From the NCBI RefSeq assembly GCF_036971445.1, contig NC_091473.1, forward strand, positions 227,478,001 to 227,538,761: a stretch of 60,761 nt of DNA. The letters run 5' to 3'. This stretch comes from Narcine bancroftii (Eukaryota). The position numbers and the translations under genes are program-made. Every line of letters begins with the position of its first letter. Position 1 is the first letter of the stretch. The notes below the pieces were generated by a model. That model did not search any database and was not told the DNA's origin. It saw only the letters and a list, made by a program, of their open reading frames with translations. Shown piece by piece: positions 1 through 13,669 of this stretch.

Positions 1-828
1 ATAAATCAGTTTGCAATATGCTTCTGGTATCTGGATGACTTTAAATACTGTTCACTCCTAATTCTATTTAAAATTATTGATGGCAACTTGCCTCGGGTTT
101 TCTAGCTCCAGGTAAATTAATAATGCTAAGAATACACTTGGAATGATTCAGCATTTGTTGGGCTGTCCCCACATTGTAACCTGCTATCTCTGATGTCGAG
201 GTCACTCATTTACACCATCAGGGCACAGTGAGCAAATCTCCAAAGCCTGACTACAGATCAGGATTGGAATGTGCAAGGAAAACAGCTGAATTGCAATTGA
301 AATGAAATATAACGAGAAAAAAAACCCTCAACCCAATAATTAAACGTCAAAAGGAATAATGGAGAACAAAATCCGGTTTTTTGAGAAAGCGAAAATGGCA
401 ACATCACATTTACCTCGAAAATGGATCTTGCAGCAAGCTAAAATTACAAATGTTTAACTTATTATTCACTCTGGTTTTACATTCACGAAAACTTTTCAGT
501 TTTTTGTTCTGTAAAGTGTGATATTACAGATGAGCTGCAACTCCTCCACCTTTTGGCTGATCAATCTGGTGTGTTCTTGTTTGTCCAGATACTCTTTTGA
601 CATAGCTGAAGAACTGCCTTAGCAACAAACTCCATGTTGAAGTGTTGTTGGCTCTCATTAAACTATTTTTGTATCTGCCTATAAATGCTATTCATTTCCA
701 GGTTTGAATGCCTACAGCTGAGGAGGAGGTTATTCAGTCAGCAGAGCTGGGACAGACCAGATGTTCAGAAGAGAGACTACTGAACGACTGAAGTGAACGG
801 CTCATACAAACCTTCCGAGACTCTATTA

Positions 829-1030
829 CAGTAAAATCCCCATTATCTGGAATTTAAACGACCAACAAAAAAATCCTGGTTAATAAATAGGTGAAAAATG
901 CAAAAGTTTAAAATTGGCATCCCCTAGCAGTTAGTTCGCCAATCAATGCAACCCGCAATCTCAAGCAACTGGAAAATTCACTTATCCGGCAACTCCCAAT
1001 TCCCAAACCTGGATACCAGGATTTTTATTG
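829..1030. mobile_element. Short Tc1/mariner (Tigger/pogo-like) MITE
   Basis: TA then CAGTAAAATCCCC..TTATCTGG at the left end; degenerate inverted end ..GGATACCAGGATTTTTATTG at the right; related pieces near 44845 and 48360. Confidence 0.45.
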
Positions 1031-2581
1031 AATTTATTAAAGAATATTTATTTATTTTTAATATATGTAAATACGTACTGCATAAGATGTTGTTTGCATG
1101 TGTGTTACGCCTGGATGTGTGTTTTTGCACTCAGGAATGGAGAAAGCTCTTCTATCAAATTGTACTTGTATAATCGCTGATAATAAACTTGAACTTGAAG
1201 AACTTGAATTTGATATATGACCAAACCAGCTGGTACTCCCTTAGTTTTAAAAATTTGTACCTTTTTGATACTTAACTGCAATGCATTCTAAACTCTAAGT
1301 GTTTGCTGTTTAAAATCATGTTGCATTTGGTTTTTGCCCATTTTTGCCCCACATCGCCTAATCTTGACCCAATAGAGGAAGAGTTTCTATCTACTGTCTC
1401 TATTCTTCATGGTTTCAGTGTCTTTATCAGATTCCTCTGTTCCAAGGAAAGCTACCTCACCTTTTCCAGTCTATCCACATAATTTTAATTATTGAAGAGC
1501 AGAATTTATATCAAGTGCTCCCATTTGTCTTGTTTTGGATAGTATAGATGTGGATCTATGTATGAATGCTGGAATCCACACCATTTTTTTGAACAATAAA
1601 ATATTTTATTCAATCTAGCTGGGCCAGCAAGAATAGAGTTTACTGTCTAACAGCATTGAATTCCCTCTAACTTTTCATAAACAGTTTTGATTGCTCCTCA
1701 AGGTAATGTATTCCAGGCCTTGAAAATGTATTGTGTAAAAGTAATTGTATCTAGTTCTGTACATTCACCTTTTCTCTTTTGATTTCCATCTCATTCTCAT
1801 TCTTTGGATCATGATATAATGTTTCAACAATAATAAAGCAATTGATAATCATCGTGTTGATCCCAAAATCTGATTACCAATAAAATCAAGTATTTTAGCA
1901 GTCTCAGCTTTGCAATATTAATTCTTTTAATCATTTTTTTCTTGAAGAAAATTACTAATGTTGCATTGTCCCTTAAAAACATCCACATTTCCTCTTAATC
2001 TCTTAATAATCCCGGTTCATTGTTTCCATTTTTGATAGGAAATTCTTCTTCGTGGTTCTTATCAAAAAACAAGAAACCTGTTAACTCGTTAATATTAACA
2101 TATTTGTTCATCTTTTTCTTTGAACAATATGGGCAAATCATCTCCTGAATCTTTCTTGGTCAAGAATCAGACAATTACAAAGTATATCTTTCTTGCTCTC
2201 AATTAATTGAAATCCTATTCGACAGCCAAGTGCACTCTAGGGAATACCTCTAGCAGTAGCTGTTGTTTCTCTCCAATTAGGCCATCAGATCTATATTTAA
2301 CAAAATTGTAATTATTCAAAAATGAAGCAATAGACCTGAACAGCCTATTTCAAAGCTACAGGTCCAGGGAGCACAAAGCACTGATTTGCCATGTTTTTGG
2401 ATATCTTTGGAATATTATCACAACTTTGCTTTGATATATTAGATCCAGGGGGTAGTATAACCTGAAGAAAATCATTATTGAGGATCTGAGATGCAGGGAA
2501 AGGTTAAATAGGTTAAGACTTTATTTGCTGGAGTGTTGAAGAATGAGGGAAGATATATAGGTATTCAATATTATGATAGAG

Positions 2582-3174
2582 CAGAGGTTTTCAAACTGCC
2601 CCCCTAAACTCACACCGCTTTGAGCAATCCCTATGCCATTGGTAAGGGATTTCTTAAGGTGGTATGTGAGCAGATGACACATTTTTCTTGTTTATTTTTC
2701 ATTGTGTGATGACATTGTTTAATCGTTTTATTGTATTGTATATGTTGAGTGTTTACTGGTTTTGGAGGGAGGAGGGAGGGTAAGGGGGAAAAAAAGGGAG
2801 AAAATGCCACTGTGTATATTTAATGAGAAACGTTTGTATATATTTTGGTTGATATGGTTCACAGTGTGAAAAATAAAAAAATATTTTAAAAAAAGGTGGT
2901 ATGTGAGTGGGAAGGGAAGGTTGAGAATCACTGCTCCAGATCTAATTGTTACTGAAATATTTTGCTTGAGAAAAATTGTCACTGCACCATTTCCTTTGGA
3001 GTTATGAAACCGTGCACATAACGAGTCAATGAGGTACGATTAAAACGGTGGTTTTCAAACTTTTTCTTTCCACCCACATACCACCTTAAGCAATCCCTTA
3101 CTAATCACAGAGCACTTAATACTCTTAATGTGGAATGTGAGTGTGAATTTAGGGAGGCACTTTGAAAACCTCTG
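2582..3174. mobile_element. hAT (Charlie-like) MITE inserted in a CR1 fragment
   Basis: TIRs CAGAGGTTTTCAAA / TTTGAAAACCTCTG; imperfect 8-bp flanks tgatagag / agctagag; internal sequence shared with 15605-15947. Confidence 0.8.
2671..2892 (+). mobile_element. 5'-truncated L1-type 3' end inserted into the MITE
   Basis: Exact 15-bp TSD AAGGTGGTATGTGAG (2656-2670 and 2893-2907); AATAAA plus A-rich tail; TT|AA insertion site. Confidence 0.8.
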
Positions 3175-3592
3175 AGCTAGAGTAAATGCAACAGATTTTT
3201 CCAACTAATTTGTGCATGTTCTTATTCATTTTTCATCTGTGTTGTAAGAAATGTTGGTCTGAGTATAAAACTAGTTGTGCTACAAAACAAGACTTCTGAG
3301 AATTTGTTTTCCTTCTTTCCCCTTGCCCCAAACCCCCAAGCCCAGTAGTCTAGATATAATCTTTATTACTTATTCAGCAGAGATCAGCTAACAACACAAA
3401 AAATCTCAGCTCTAGATACATTGTACAGCCCCCCTCTTCCCCACCCCCCCATTATTAAATGTATTATTCAATCCTTAGACACTGTTACTAGCAGAGCCAG
3501 TAAAATTACTGCTGTCCTATCACTCTGGCAATTAGCATTCAGTCTGGTCTCCTGCTGCTATCTCTGGTATTTGCATATTATGTCTCCTTGTG

Positions 3593-3897
3593 TTCTCTGG
3601 ATGTCACAACCGTTACCCTCCCCACTACTGAGTGCATCTACAGGGAATGCTGCCGTTGGAGGCAGCAACTATCATCAAAGACCCACACCCCAGCACACAC
3701 TCTGTTCTCGCTGCTCCCATCAAGACAGAGATATAGACTCGCACCACCAGTTCAGGTGCAGCTGCTACTCCTCCGCCATCAGACTCCTTAACGACAAACT
3801 CAATCAGAGACTCATTTAAGGACTCTTACTTGTGCACTTTATTGATTTTCTCTTTTACTCTCTGTATTGCACAGTCAGTTTGTTTATATTTGTTATC
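3593..3897 (+). mobile_element. LINE 3' fragment (Rex1/Babar- or L2-like family)
   Basis: Highly similar to the reverse-oriented copies at ~4212-4525 and ~51500-51790; remnant peptide HTLFSLLPS.QRYR. Confidence 0.75.
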
Positions 3898-4065
3898 CGT
3901 TTGGTGGATACATTGGCCACTAAATTATCTCTCGTTGATGAAGAGTAGGATCTGAAGAAGAGTTGATGGGAATGTGAAGAGAATAAAATGTGATGACTCT
4001 AAACAAGTCCTTGATGGTTGATCCGACTTAGTAGAATGAAAGGGCTGTTTGGTGTACTATTACGA

Positions 4066-4905
4066 ATTTCAGACTTATTGTCAGAGAACATACATGACAT
4101 CACATACAACCCTGAGATTTTCTTTAATGCGGGCATGGCAGAATTATCACTACTTGGGAGAGCAACAAAAAACTGTATGCAATGTATACAGATAAACAAA
4201 TAAAGTGTAAACAGATAACAAATATAAACAAACTGACTGTGCAATACAGAGAATAAAAAAGAAAATCAATAAAGTGCACAAGTAAGAGTCCTTAAATGAG
4301 TCTCTGATTGAGTTTGTTGTTAAGGAGTCTGATGGCGGAGGAATAGCAGCTGCACCTGAACCTGGTGGTGCGAGTCTTATGGCACCTATATCTCTGTCCT
4401 GATGGGAGCAGCGAGAACAGAGTGGGTGCTGGGGTGTGGGTCTTTGGTGATAGTTGCTGCCTCCAACGGCAGCATTCCCTGTAGATGCACTCAATAGTGG
4501 GGAGGGTAATGCTTGTGACGTCCAGGGCTGTGTCCATTTCCTTTTGCAGGGCTTTATGCTCAGAGGCATTGGTGTCCCCATGCCAAACCATGATGCAGCT
4601 AGGTCAGCACACTTTCCACCACACCTCTGTAAAAATTTGCCAGAGTTTCCGATGTCATACCAAACCTCAGCGAACTCCTGAGGAAGTAGAGCCACTGGCA
4701 TGCTTCCTTCTTGATTCCATTGGGATGCTGATTCAAGGGAAGATCCTCCGAGATAGTGACTCCCAAGAGCATATATTTGCTTACCCTTTCTACCTCTGAC
4801 TCCCCAGTGATCATTGGATTGTATATCTCTGGCTTTCCTTTCCTGAAGCCAACAATCAGTTCCTTAGTATTGGTGACATTGAATGCAAGGTTGTTCTTGG
4901 TGCAC
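4066..4905 (-). mobile_element. Rex1/Babar-like LINE, 3' portion
   Basis: Peptides [41 protein letters not shown] and LFSLLPSGQRYR; TCTGAA-type tail. Confidence 0.8.
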
Positions 4906-5995
4906 TATTCATCAAATCTGATGACCAAACTTTGTTCGTATGGTATCAGCTCATCCCTTTGTAATTGGATTCTGGATTTCTTTACTAACAGACCTCGGTC
5001 TGTTAGGTTGGGCAATATTTTCTCCTCCAGCATCACCTTGAACACTGGAATGCCCCAGGGTTGCGTGTTGAGCCTGCTTTTATATTCCATATTTACCTCC
5101 AACTCCGTTCCTATGTACAACTCAAACTTAATTATAAAATTCACAGATGACACCATTGTGGTGGGACTGTTCACAGGGGACGATGAAACAACCTATAGGC
5201 ACCTAGCCTTGTGGGGTGCTGGTGATAACAATTTGTTATTCAATACCCAGAAGACAAAAGAAATCATTGTGGATTTTAGATGGGTGGGAAGCCACATGCA
5301 CGTCCCGATTTACATCAATGGAGCGGTGGTAGAGCAGTTACAGAGCTTCATATTCCAGGGGCTCCTCATCTCTGATGATCTCACTTGGTCTTTGAATTCA
5401 TCAACGTTGATCAAAAAGGCACAACAACATCTTGATTTTTGAGATGTATGAGGAAGTTACACCTCCGCCCCTGAGTGCTGTTGGATTTCTGTAGATGAAC
5501 TATTGAGAGTGTGCTGACATACAGTATTTTGGCTTGGTACAGTTATTGTTCTGTGCAAGATAGGAAGGCTTTCCAGCAGGTAATGAAAGCTGCCCAACAG
5601 ATTGTTGGAATGTAATTGCCTACCATCGAATCTATCTCTAGGGGATGATGTTTGGACAGGGCGAGAAATATCTTTAAAGATGCAACACACACTAACCATG
5701 AACTATTTACTCTCCTATTATCGGGCAAACTCTATAGGAGCCTTCACTCAAGAACTACTAGACTTAAAAACAACTTTTTTTTATAAAGTCCTGATAATGT
5801 TAAATGCCAATTCACTGCAGAATCAGTAACCTTTTTTAACAATTTTATTTTAGAATATTGCAGTTTTATTGTACATGGTTTATTGTGTGTTTTTGTTTTA
5901 ATTGTATGTGTCTATTGCATTGTATTCTATTTTATATTCTGGTCAATGGTAATCATGTCTCATTGGCTTGTCTAACAGCAAAATGACAATAAAGT
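4906..5995 (+). mobile_element. Rex1/Babar-like LINE, decayed RT and 3' end
   Basis: [54 protein letters not shown], with stops and frameshifts. Confidence 0.85.
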
Positions 5996-6059
5996 GTATC
6001 ACATCATTCAGCCAAGTTTTCAATTTCCATCCTGTTTACTGGCTCATCTTTACACAACT

Positions 6060-6410
6060 CACTACCATGGTATTATCATCAAATTTGTAGATGGTGTTAT
6101 TGTAAAACTGAGCCAAAGTGAGTAGAGCAAAGGGGCTAAGAACACAGCCCTGTGGTGCACTGGTACTGATGGAGATTGTGGAGGAGATGCTCACAGCAAT
6201 CTTCACTGATTATGGTCTAGTGGGGGGGGGGGGGTAAGGAAATCCATGATCCAGTTACACAATGAGGTGTTGAGTCCCAGGACGGAGTATTGAGGGGGAT
6301 GAAGGTGTTAAATGCCAAACTGTAGTCGATAAAGAGCATCCTGATGTGTGCAGGTTTGCTGTTCAGGTATTCCAGGGCTTTGTGCCGAGCCAGTGAGATA
6401 GCATCCACCG
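6060..6410 (-). mobile_element. Rex1/Babar-like RT fragment
   Basis: DAISLARHKALEYL..IRMLFIDYSLAFNT and a PQGCVLSP-like motif on the minus strand. Confidence 0.75.
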
Positions 6411-8324
6411 GTTACATGCCTGCACCTCTAAATGGGTGGCTGAGAGAACAACTTGCACAACCTTCTTCCTTAAAGATTAATGTTACTCAAAGCAGCAATG
6501 GACTTATTGGGTGCAATGAATTTTCTAGCGGTGCATATAGACTTTTTAGATATGGATGTTATATTTGCCGTTATTAAAATAAACTGCTTTGACAGTAACT
6601 TGATCCATATTAAAGAAAATTTTAAAGATAATTGGGACATCAAAAACAAATTGAATTATCTGAGGTTGGGGTTCTAACGTTTCATTTATAAATTCTGGAG
6701 ATGAAGCGGCCTTGGAGAATTTTGCTTCGAATGAAAACTGAGCAGTACAAGGGTACACAGCCAATGTTTTATTGTAACGCAAAGTAGGAGTGATGTATTT
6801 TGGACACTGAATATAACACAAAAGATATTTGCCACTTAACACTAGCATCCTATATAAGAAACATTTTATTATCATATTCTATATTCTAAACTTACAACTT
6901 TGTTCCTGGCTTACGGCTGTCCTCTGTTTGAAATTACATTGCAATATTAGGTAGCTTGGAACTTTATTTCCACTGGAACACACAGTAACTGGGATCTAAG
7001 AATTGAAGTTGAAGGCATTCAATAACTTGGGATGCATGATGAGGAGTGGCAGCAAATCCCTTCCTTCCAGTCCATATAAAATAGAATGAATGAGGTTAGC
7101 TTCTTCCCTGCTGTCCCACTGTGCCGTGTCGAGTTACTGAAGTATTTGGCTTTAACAGCACTCAATATTCTATAATAAAGAGAAGTATATAATTATTATG
7201 TACGTATAAACAGTTAAGGGATAATATTTTAACATGAAACACAGCAATGAACAAGTGTGGCAACGCTGCAATACCGCAATACAACCTTATCCTCAGTGAA
7301 CTGCAGGGCTAAATTGGTCTTTGTCTGCTAGCAGATTAACTTTTAAATGCACATTTGCTAAAAATTCTTGGCCAGATAGCTGCACATGGATTAGAAAGAT
7401 TACAATGGCGGCCCTATTGCAGTCACTTCTTTTCTGTTGAATAATTTGAAAAGTTTCCATCCTCATTGTTGTGTTGCCTGGATTACTCTGGTGTGTGGTG
7501 TATCATTTCCTGCACTGTCTGCCCTATAAATATTAAGACAGCTGAATTTTGTTTAAACAAATAGAAGATTCTTGTGTCATAAAACAATATAAACCAGAAT
7601 AAAGAATGATTGAATAACTCCAGCACTGGATGTCATTCAGTCTACTATATCAAACCCATACCATTCCCCTGCAGTCCCAAAAACTGTTTTCCCTCAAGTG
7701 CTTTTCCAACTCCCTTTTAGAAAGCCCTGATTCTTTCTGCTTTTTGCCCTTGTAGACAGTGAGTTCTAGTATTGAACAATGAGGTTCATGGTTTTAGTTG
7801 GGTTATCTTTCCAGTTTTGTCAAAACTCTTCTTGACTATATTCATTAACCTCCAAAACAATGAATGTCAATTCATGTCAGTAAGATGAATTATTTGATAT
7901 ATGAAGCTCCCTGGCATTTTGAGACGATTGGGAAAATCAAAACAAGAAAAAAATTGAATTATGGCCAGTCTCTATAGACAGTTTTAGACAGCTCTATTCT
8001 AGGCAAGTATTGCAAACATCTCACCTCTGTGTGAATTTGGCAGTGCTCTCTGTCTACCCTGCAGCCCTCTCTCTTCTCCATGTCAGCCGCTGCTTGTTGC
8101 TGACGTCTTTCACTTGCATTAAGCCAGGTCCCGTCAGCAACACAGGCCCCCATTCTAGTATTTCAGCCTGAGTGCACACCAACCTAATGATACTTCCAAT
8201 GACTTTGACCTACTTCAAGGTACTTTTGTGGGGGTGGGGTGGGGGCGTCAGGAGGCTGTTTTGGTGCTAGCACTCAAAGCTAATGATACAAAGCACCAAC
8301 AATGTGAAATTCAAGTTCTAGGCA

Positions 8325-8555
8325 TGTGATAGTACAGATCTATCACCAATATACATAGTGTATATAGTTACTGTATCTAGACTGTGATTGGCTGAGAGCT
8401 AAGCCACGCCTATTGTCTGGGCCTTAAAGGGTTGTGTCCCTAGCCAGGTCGGTTCATTCCGGACTGGTCAGCCACCTGTGAAGAGCTCCTGTCTTTTGCT
8501 AATAAAAGCCTTGGTTTGGATCAACAAGTCTTTGGTTCTTTCGACGAGCTCTACA
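8325..8555 (+). mobile_element. Solo LTR (231 bp)
   Basis: TG...CA termini; exact 5-bp TSD AGGCA (8320-8324 / 8556-8560); internal AATAAA; same family as 29011-29210. Confidence 0.85.
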
Positions 8556-9299
8556 AGGCAATATCGTGCATTGCTGCATTTAATATTTATTTATACTGAC
8601 ACATATATTCATTCATTTTAGGTTTGACCATTTACAACAACCATTGCTGAACAAGGATCTGATGTACTTTGGAGAATAAAGCAGATCATCTTCATAAATA
8701 TCTTATATTGAGATGAAATGCAAATTGCTGGCTTTCCCAACTGGAGATCGTGAAATGGTAACTAATCACAGGCTTTAGATTTTGCTGTTTCTCTCTGCCT
8801 GACCTTGACTCCAGTCTGGTCTGTGTATGCTCTCACTCCTCATTTCTGCTTCTGATGAGGCGGACTGCTCAAATTTACAGCGCATCACCAGAACAAATCT
8901 TCAAAAGAAGTGAGCTGCCAAAGATCTTTCACTAAGATGGCCCATGCAAATATAAAGACATAAATTTGAACCATCAGACCTCGTAACTTTGGTCTGACAG
9001 AACTACAAATCTTGCAGTGTAAAATGAAACAAAAATAGCCGCTGTTGCCAGAGACAATGCCATGGAATGAAAAGAGTGCTCAAAGGGAACAGCTGATGCT
9101 ACTTGGATCGAGTTCCAGCATATCTGATTGTGATACAGCAGGACAGAGCATTACAAGTCTCATGAACCAGGGCTTTAAATTGTCTTGATTCTAAAGATTA
9201 TCCATTTTTGCATTAACAAATGCTGATCATGTGTATTTCCAGGATTTTCTTGTGCATTGAAAGTTTTTGAAATATTCTGTTTAATGAATGTTTTAACCT

Positions 9300-10025
9300 G
9301 GCACAAGAACAGAAGGAATAGGACCAGCAGTTGGCCATCTGGCCTGGCAAATCTGCTCTGCGATTCACTAAGATCATGGCGGATCTACCTGTGGGCTCAA
9401 TTCCACCGTACCTACCTTTTCTCCAGAATCTTTCATTCTCCAAGTATGCAATAATCTATCTAAATCTGCCTTCAATGTACTTAGCAAGGCAGCCTCGACA
9501 ACTTCCTTGGAAAATACAAAGTTCCAATCCACCCAATTTCTATCACAAAAGTGAGCATGCTTTTTATAAATTATTCAAGCCAAGGAGTAGAGAAACTGAA
9601 GTGCGCCCTTTTCCACTCAATCTAGTTCCATTGTTTAATGACACATGCAAACTAATTTCACTATCCACCATACATAGAATATAGAGTGTTATGGCACAGT
9701 GCAGGCCCTTCAGTCCATGATGTTGTGTCGTGACCTATATAAATCTATTCAACAGCCTAAACCTTACCTAACTCACACCGAAAACCCTCTGTTTTTCTTG
9801 CACCCATATGCTTGTCTATGAGTCTTTTCAATGTCCCCATTGTACCAACCTCCACCACCACCCATGGCAATGCATTCCAAGCATCCATTACATTTTGGGT
9901 AAAAAAAAACATACCCCTGACATTTCCCCTAAACATTCCTTCTTATACAGATGTCCTCCGATATTTGCTACTATCGACCCAGGGAAAAAATGCTGGTCGT
10001 CCACCCATATCTATGCGTCATAATC
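9300..10025 (-). mobile_element. Decayed CR1 LINE 3' fragments
   Basis: Similar to the reverse CR1 3' ends at 22418-23630 and 59100-59450; boundaries approximate. Confidence 0.55.
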
Positions 10026-12109
10026 ATTCTCAACCATTGTCACTTAACACCATTTATTTTTAAATCACAGTGATGCAACTAAAAAAATGCCAAACTCTGT
10101 GAGAGGTCCAAACTTCTCTTAAACTTCATCCTGAAAGACCAGGTTCCTTGCTGTGCTCCTTGATGGAGTCTCCACAACCATTAAACTTGGTTTGTTTCCA
10201 TCCTGTCAGTTTCTCTTAATATCTTTAAATGCACAATCAAATCATTCTCTAATCTTTTTAAGTTCAATGGAAAATCTTCTTGTAATTTAAACATTTGAAG
10301 TCATAGTGTCATCCACTCTGCATCTCCTTGACATCTACATCATCATTCTCCAGCTAATGACATGGAAGGCAGCAGTCCACTTAGGATTTGCAATTATTTT
10401 CATGTCCCTCCCTCCATGACATATTTATGATTGATTTACCTAGACTCCAAGCTTCTCTGGAATGCCACCATCTCTATTCGGAGGACCCATTGGCCTACCA
10501 TTTTCAAGGTGAATAATTTTGGACTTGCTCACATTAAAATCCAGTTGCCACAGAGTACCTATTTATTATTAGTATCTAATTATATTACTTTTTAATTTTA
10601 TGATTCCCTCCACAGCAAGAATTTACGTCATTGTGCAAAGTAGGATTCATGCTATTTTTCCATTATCTTTCATTAACAAATGTGAATAGTTGAGACAATG
10701 AAGACTTCTGAGACCCCACTGGCTGAGTCCTGCCATGAACACCTGTCCATTGTCCTCTATGCACTCTCTTCAGATCAGTAATTCACCTTCAATTCCATGA
10801 GCTTTGCCGTAACGCTTACTACTAGTGAAGGGTTTAATCCAATGATCTTCTGGAAATCCACACAAGTAATATCTGCAAAATTGGACTGAATTGTTTATTG
10901 CCATATATTTTAGGATACAGTGTTTTGCTTGCTATCCAGGCAAGTCAACCTATATACTGTGCAGCAGCTAGTTCAAGAATAAAAACAAAAGTGCAGAGGG
11001 CAGCATAACAATAAAACAGAAGTGTGGGATATAGTGATGAAGAGAAAAGTACATTCCCATGACAGAAGATATCATCTTGTACTAATTCACCAGTCTGTTA
11101 ACAGCAAAATGTCTTTGAATCTGGAGCTGAGTGTTTTCACACTCATATCTTCTGCCCAACTGGAGAGGGAAGAAGTGTGGGTGACCTGGGTGGGATGTGT
11201 CCTTTAATATGATGCCTCCTTCCCCGAGGTAGCGGGAGGTGAAGACGGAGGGGGGACTTTATGATGACATGTAGAGATTAGTTACACTTCAAGACAAACA
11301 AAATGAGATTCATAACCAACCTACATTAGGTTTCTCATTCGTTAAAACTTTCTCACCTTTTTACCTTTAATTATAGTCCAACAAAGCAAAACGGGGAAAA
11401 AGATAAGGTTGGGAAATGGGTGAGATCTGATCTCAGCAAAGTCCTTGCTGGAAGTTTCGTGACTGGGAGAGCGTAGGACCAGACACAGCTTTAAAAATTA
11501 AGATCAACATTTACCAAACATGTAACCATCATTTTAAGTGTAAAGGGGAAAAATGTTTGGAGAATTCAATATGTACAGTGGGAAAATGGGATGTTTTTGA
11601 AGAATGTTAAACAATGTGCAAAATATATTTAGGTTGTTGCTTTATAAACCAAGAAAATAAATTGAAATGAATGAAACAATCAAAGAAATATCAAAGAATT
11701 TTTATATTCCGAGAGTGAAAAAATTTTAGATTAAATGACAGACTGATTATTTGAAGGGACTGTGTGGAATATTTCAAGTGCTGATAAACATGGAGGGGAA
11801 GTTTTACAATGCCAAAGACGTCATCTTTAATGAGAAAGATGACCTTCCCTGGCTAGACTGGTGTCATAGTTTAAAATAGCTGCTATATTCATGTTTATGT
11901 TGTCATAAGTTACAAATTTAAATTTAAATAGTATTTTGTATATGGAGACAGGGAGGTTTGGGTTGCAAATTCAACATGCCATTTTGCTCTGTTTGCACAA
12001 TAAATTTTATTAATGAATTAGTCAATGTGACACTAAGGCATCAAAGTCTTTTTTTTCCAGAGTTTCAAAAATTTTCACAGCTTCCTAATCGATGAGGGCA
12101 GAAAAATCA

Positions 12110-13030
12110 CAAGATAAAGGAACAGAAGTAGGCATGTTTCTACGAGATCTCCTCTCATTCTTCTGCATTCCAACTAGTATAGTCCAAGAGCCTCTAAACA
12201 TTCCTCACATGTTAGCCTCTGCATTCCAGGAACCATCATGATAAATCTTCTCCAATATCATTATATCCTTTCTAAGATAAGAGACCCAAAACTGCAAACA
12301 GTTCTCCAAATGAGGTCTCACCAGTGCCCCATAGAGCCTCATCAACACCTCTTTAGTCTTCTACCCTATTCCTCTTGAAATAAATCGCAACCTAGCATTC
12401 GCTTTTTTTTTAACTACCAATACAATCTGGTGGTTAATTTTAAGGCCCCCAAGTCCCTTTACGCTTCTGAATTTTGAATTTTCTCCTCATCCAAATTATA
12501 ATCTGCCTGTTTATTTCCTCTTTCAAAATGTACAACCATATATTTCTCAACATTTGCCATTTCTTTTCCCACTCTGCCCAGCTGACCAAGTCTCTCTGCA
12601 ACCTTTCGGTTTCTTCAACCTTTTCTACTCCACCATCTATCTTGATGTCATCTGCAAACTTAGCCAAAAAAAAATCAATCTATAATCGAAATCATCAATA
12701 TCAATATATAGATATATACTGTAAAAAGAAGTGGCCCCAACACCGACCCCTGCAGACCACCACTAGTAACTGGCAACCAACCAGAGCACGATCCTTTTAT
12801 CCCCACCCTTTGCTTCCTGCCTATCAACCAATGCTCCACCCAATCAGCTTTCCTGTAATTCCATGGGCTTTCATCTTATTAACCAGCCTCTTATGCGGCA
12901 CCTTATCGAAGGCCCTTTGAAAATCCAAATACACAACATCCGCAGCCTCTGCTTTGTCCATCCTACTTGAGATTTCCAATAGGTTGGTCAGGCATAATCT
13001 TTCCTTCATGAACCCATGCTCGCTGAAGCC
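12110..13030 (-). mobile_element. CR1 LINE RT fragment, internally deleted
   Basis: LCLTNLLE..VVYLDFQRAFDKVPHKRLV and AKFADDIKIDG peptides. Confidence 0.85.
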
Positions 13031-13185
13031 TCTTGATCCAAAGCTTCAAGCTCCATCCCTTTACTAGGCCTCTCGAGTCAAAGCCTCAAGATTCACTAGG
13101 GCATTCCTTTAGCTACCCCTCCTTTTATTGGTCCCTGCCAATTAACACAATTAACCAATTAATCAACACTCAGCCTTTACCCTCT

Positions 13186-13416
13186 GCGTCCTTTTTAAAC
13201 AGTCCCACCAACACTTGTACTCACCTGTCATCCTGAGCACCTCCAACGGAAAATGCACTGAGCAGGCTCAAGTCCCCTTCCGCGTCCTTTTTAAACAGTC
13301 CCACCAACTCTCGTACTCACCGGTCACTCGCAGAACTTCCGACTGCAAATGCACTGAACAGGCTCAAGTCCATTATCACACCCTTTTTTTTTAAACAGTC
13401 CCACCAACGCTCGTTT
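13186..13416. repeat. ~96-bp tandem repeat (2 full units plus 1 partial), probably a CR1 5' region
   Basis: Repeated TTTTTAAACAGTCCCACCAAC..GTACTCACC..AAATGCACTGA.CAGGCTCAAGTCCC next to the CR1 fragment. Confidence 0.75.
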
Positions 13417-13486
13417 GTGTGTTTATATTTTTCACAAAATTTTGCCACTCTGTAATATTCAATAACTTTTCAGAGAGGATATTTAC

Positions 13487-13669
13487 CTCAGCAGAGGATC
13501 TGCCTTCTCTTAGTTCCCTCCCATACAAGTACTCAGCTTCTGCTTCACTGAGCTGGAGCACAAGGCGGAGTATCGGGAAGATGCTCTCAAAACAGTTATG
13601 AACATCTCTGATGCTGTAACAAAATTATAATATCCCCTGCAAAAATATGCACAGTGGGGCGTTTTCAGC
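13487..13669 (-). other. Candidate non-coding 3' exon of APOBEC2
   Basis: Acceptor ttttttctctaacAG and donor GAG|GTAAAT; lies downstream of the APOBEC2 post-stop donor; no transcript evidence. Confidence 0.3.

Noticed and set aside
13186-13416. CRISPR-like repeat-spacer array
   Set aside because: The context is eukaryotic, the 'spacers' are homologous to each other, and there are no cas genes.
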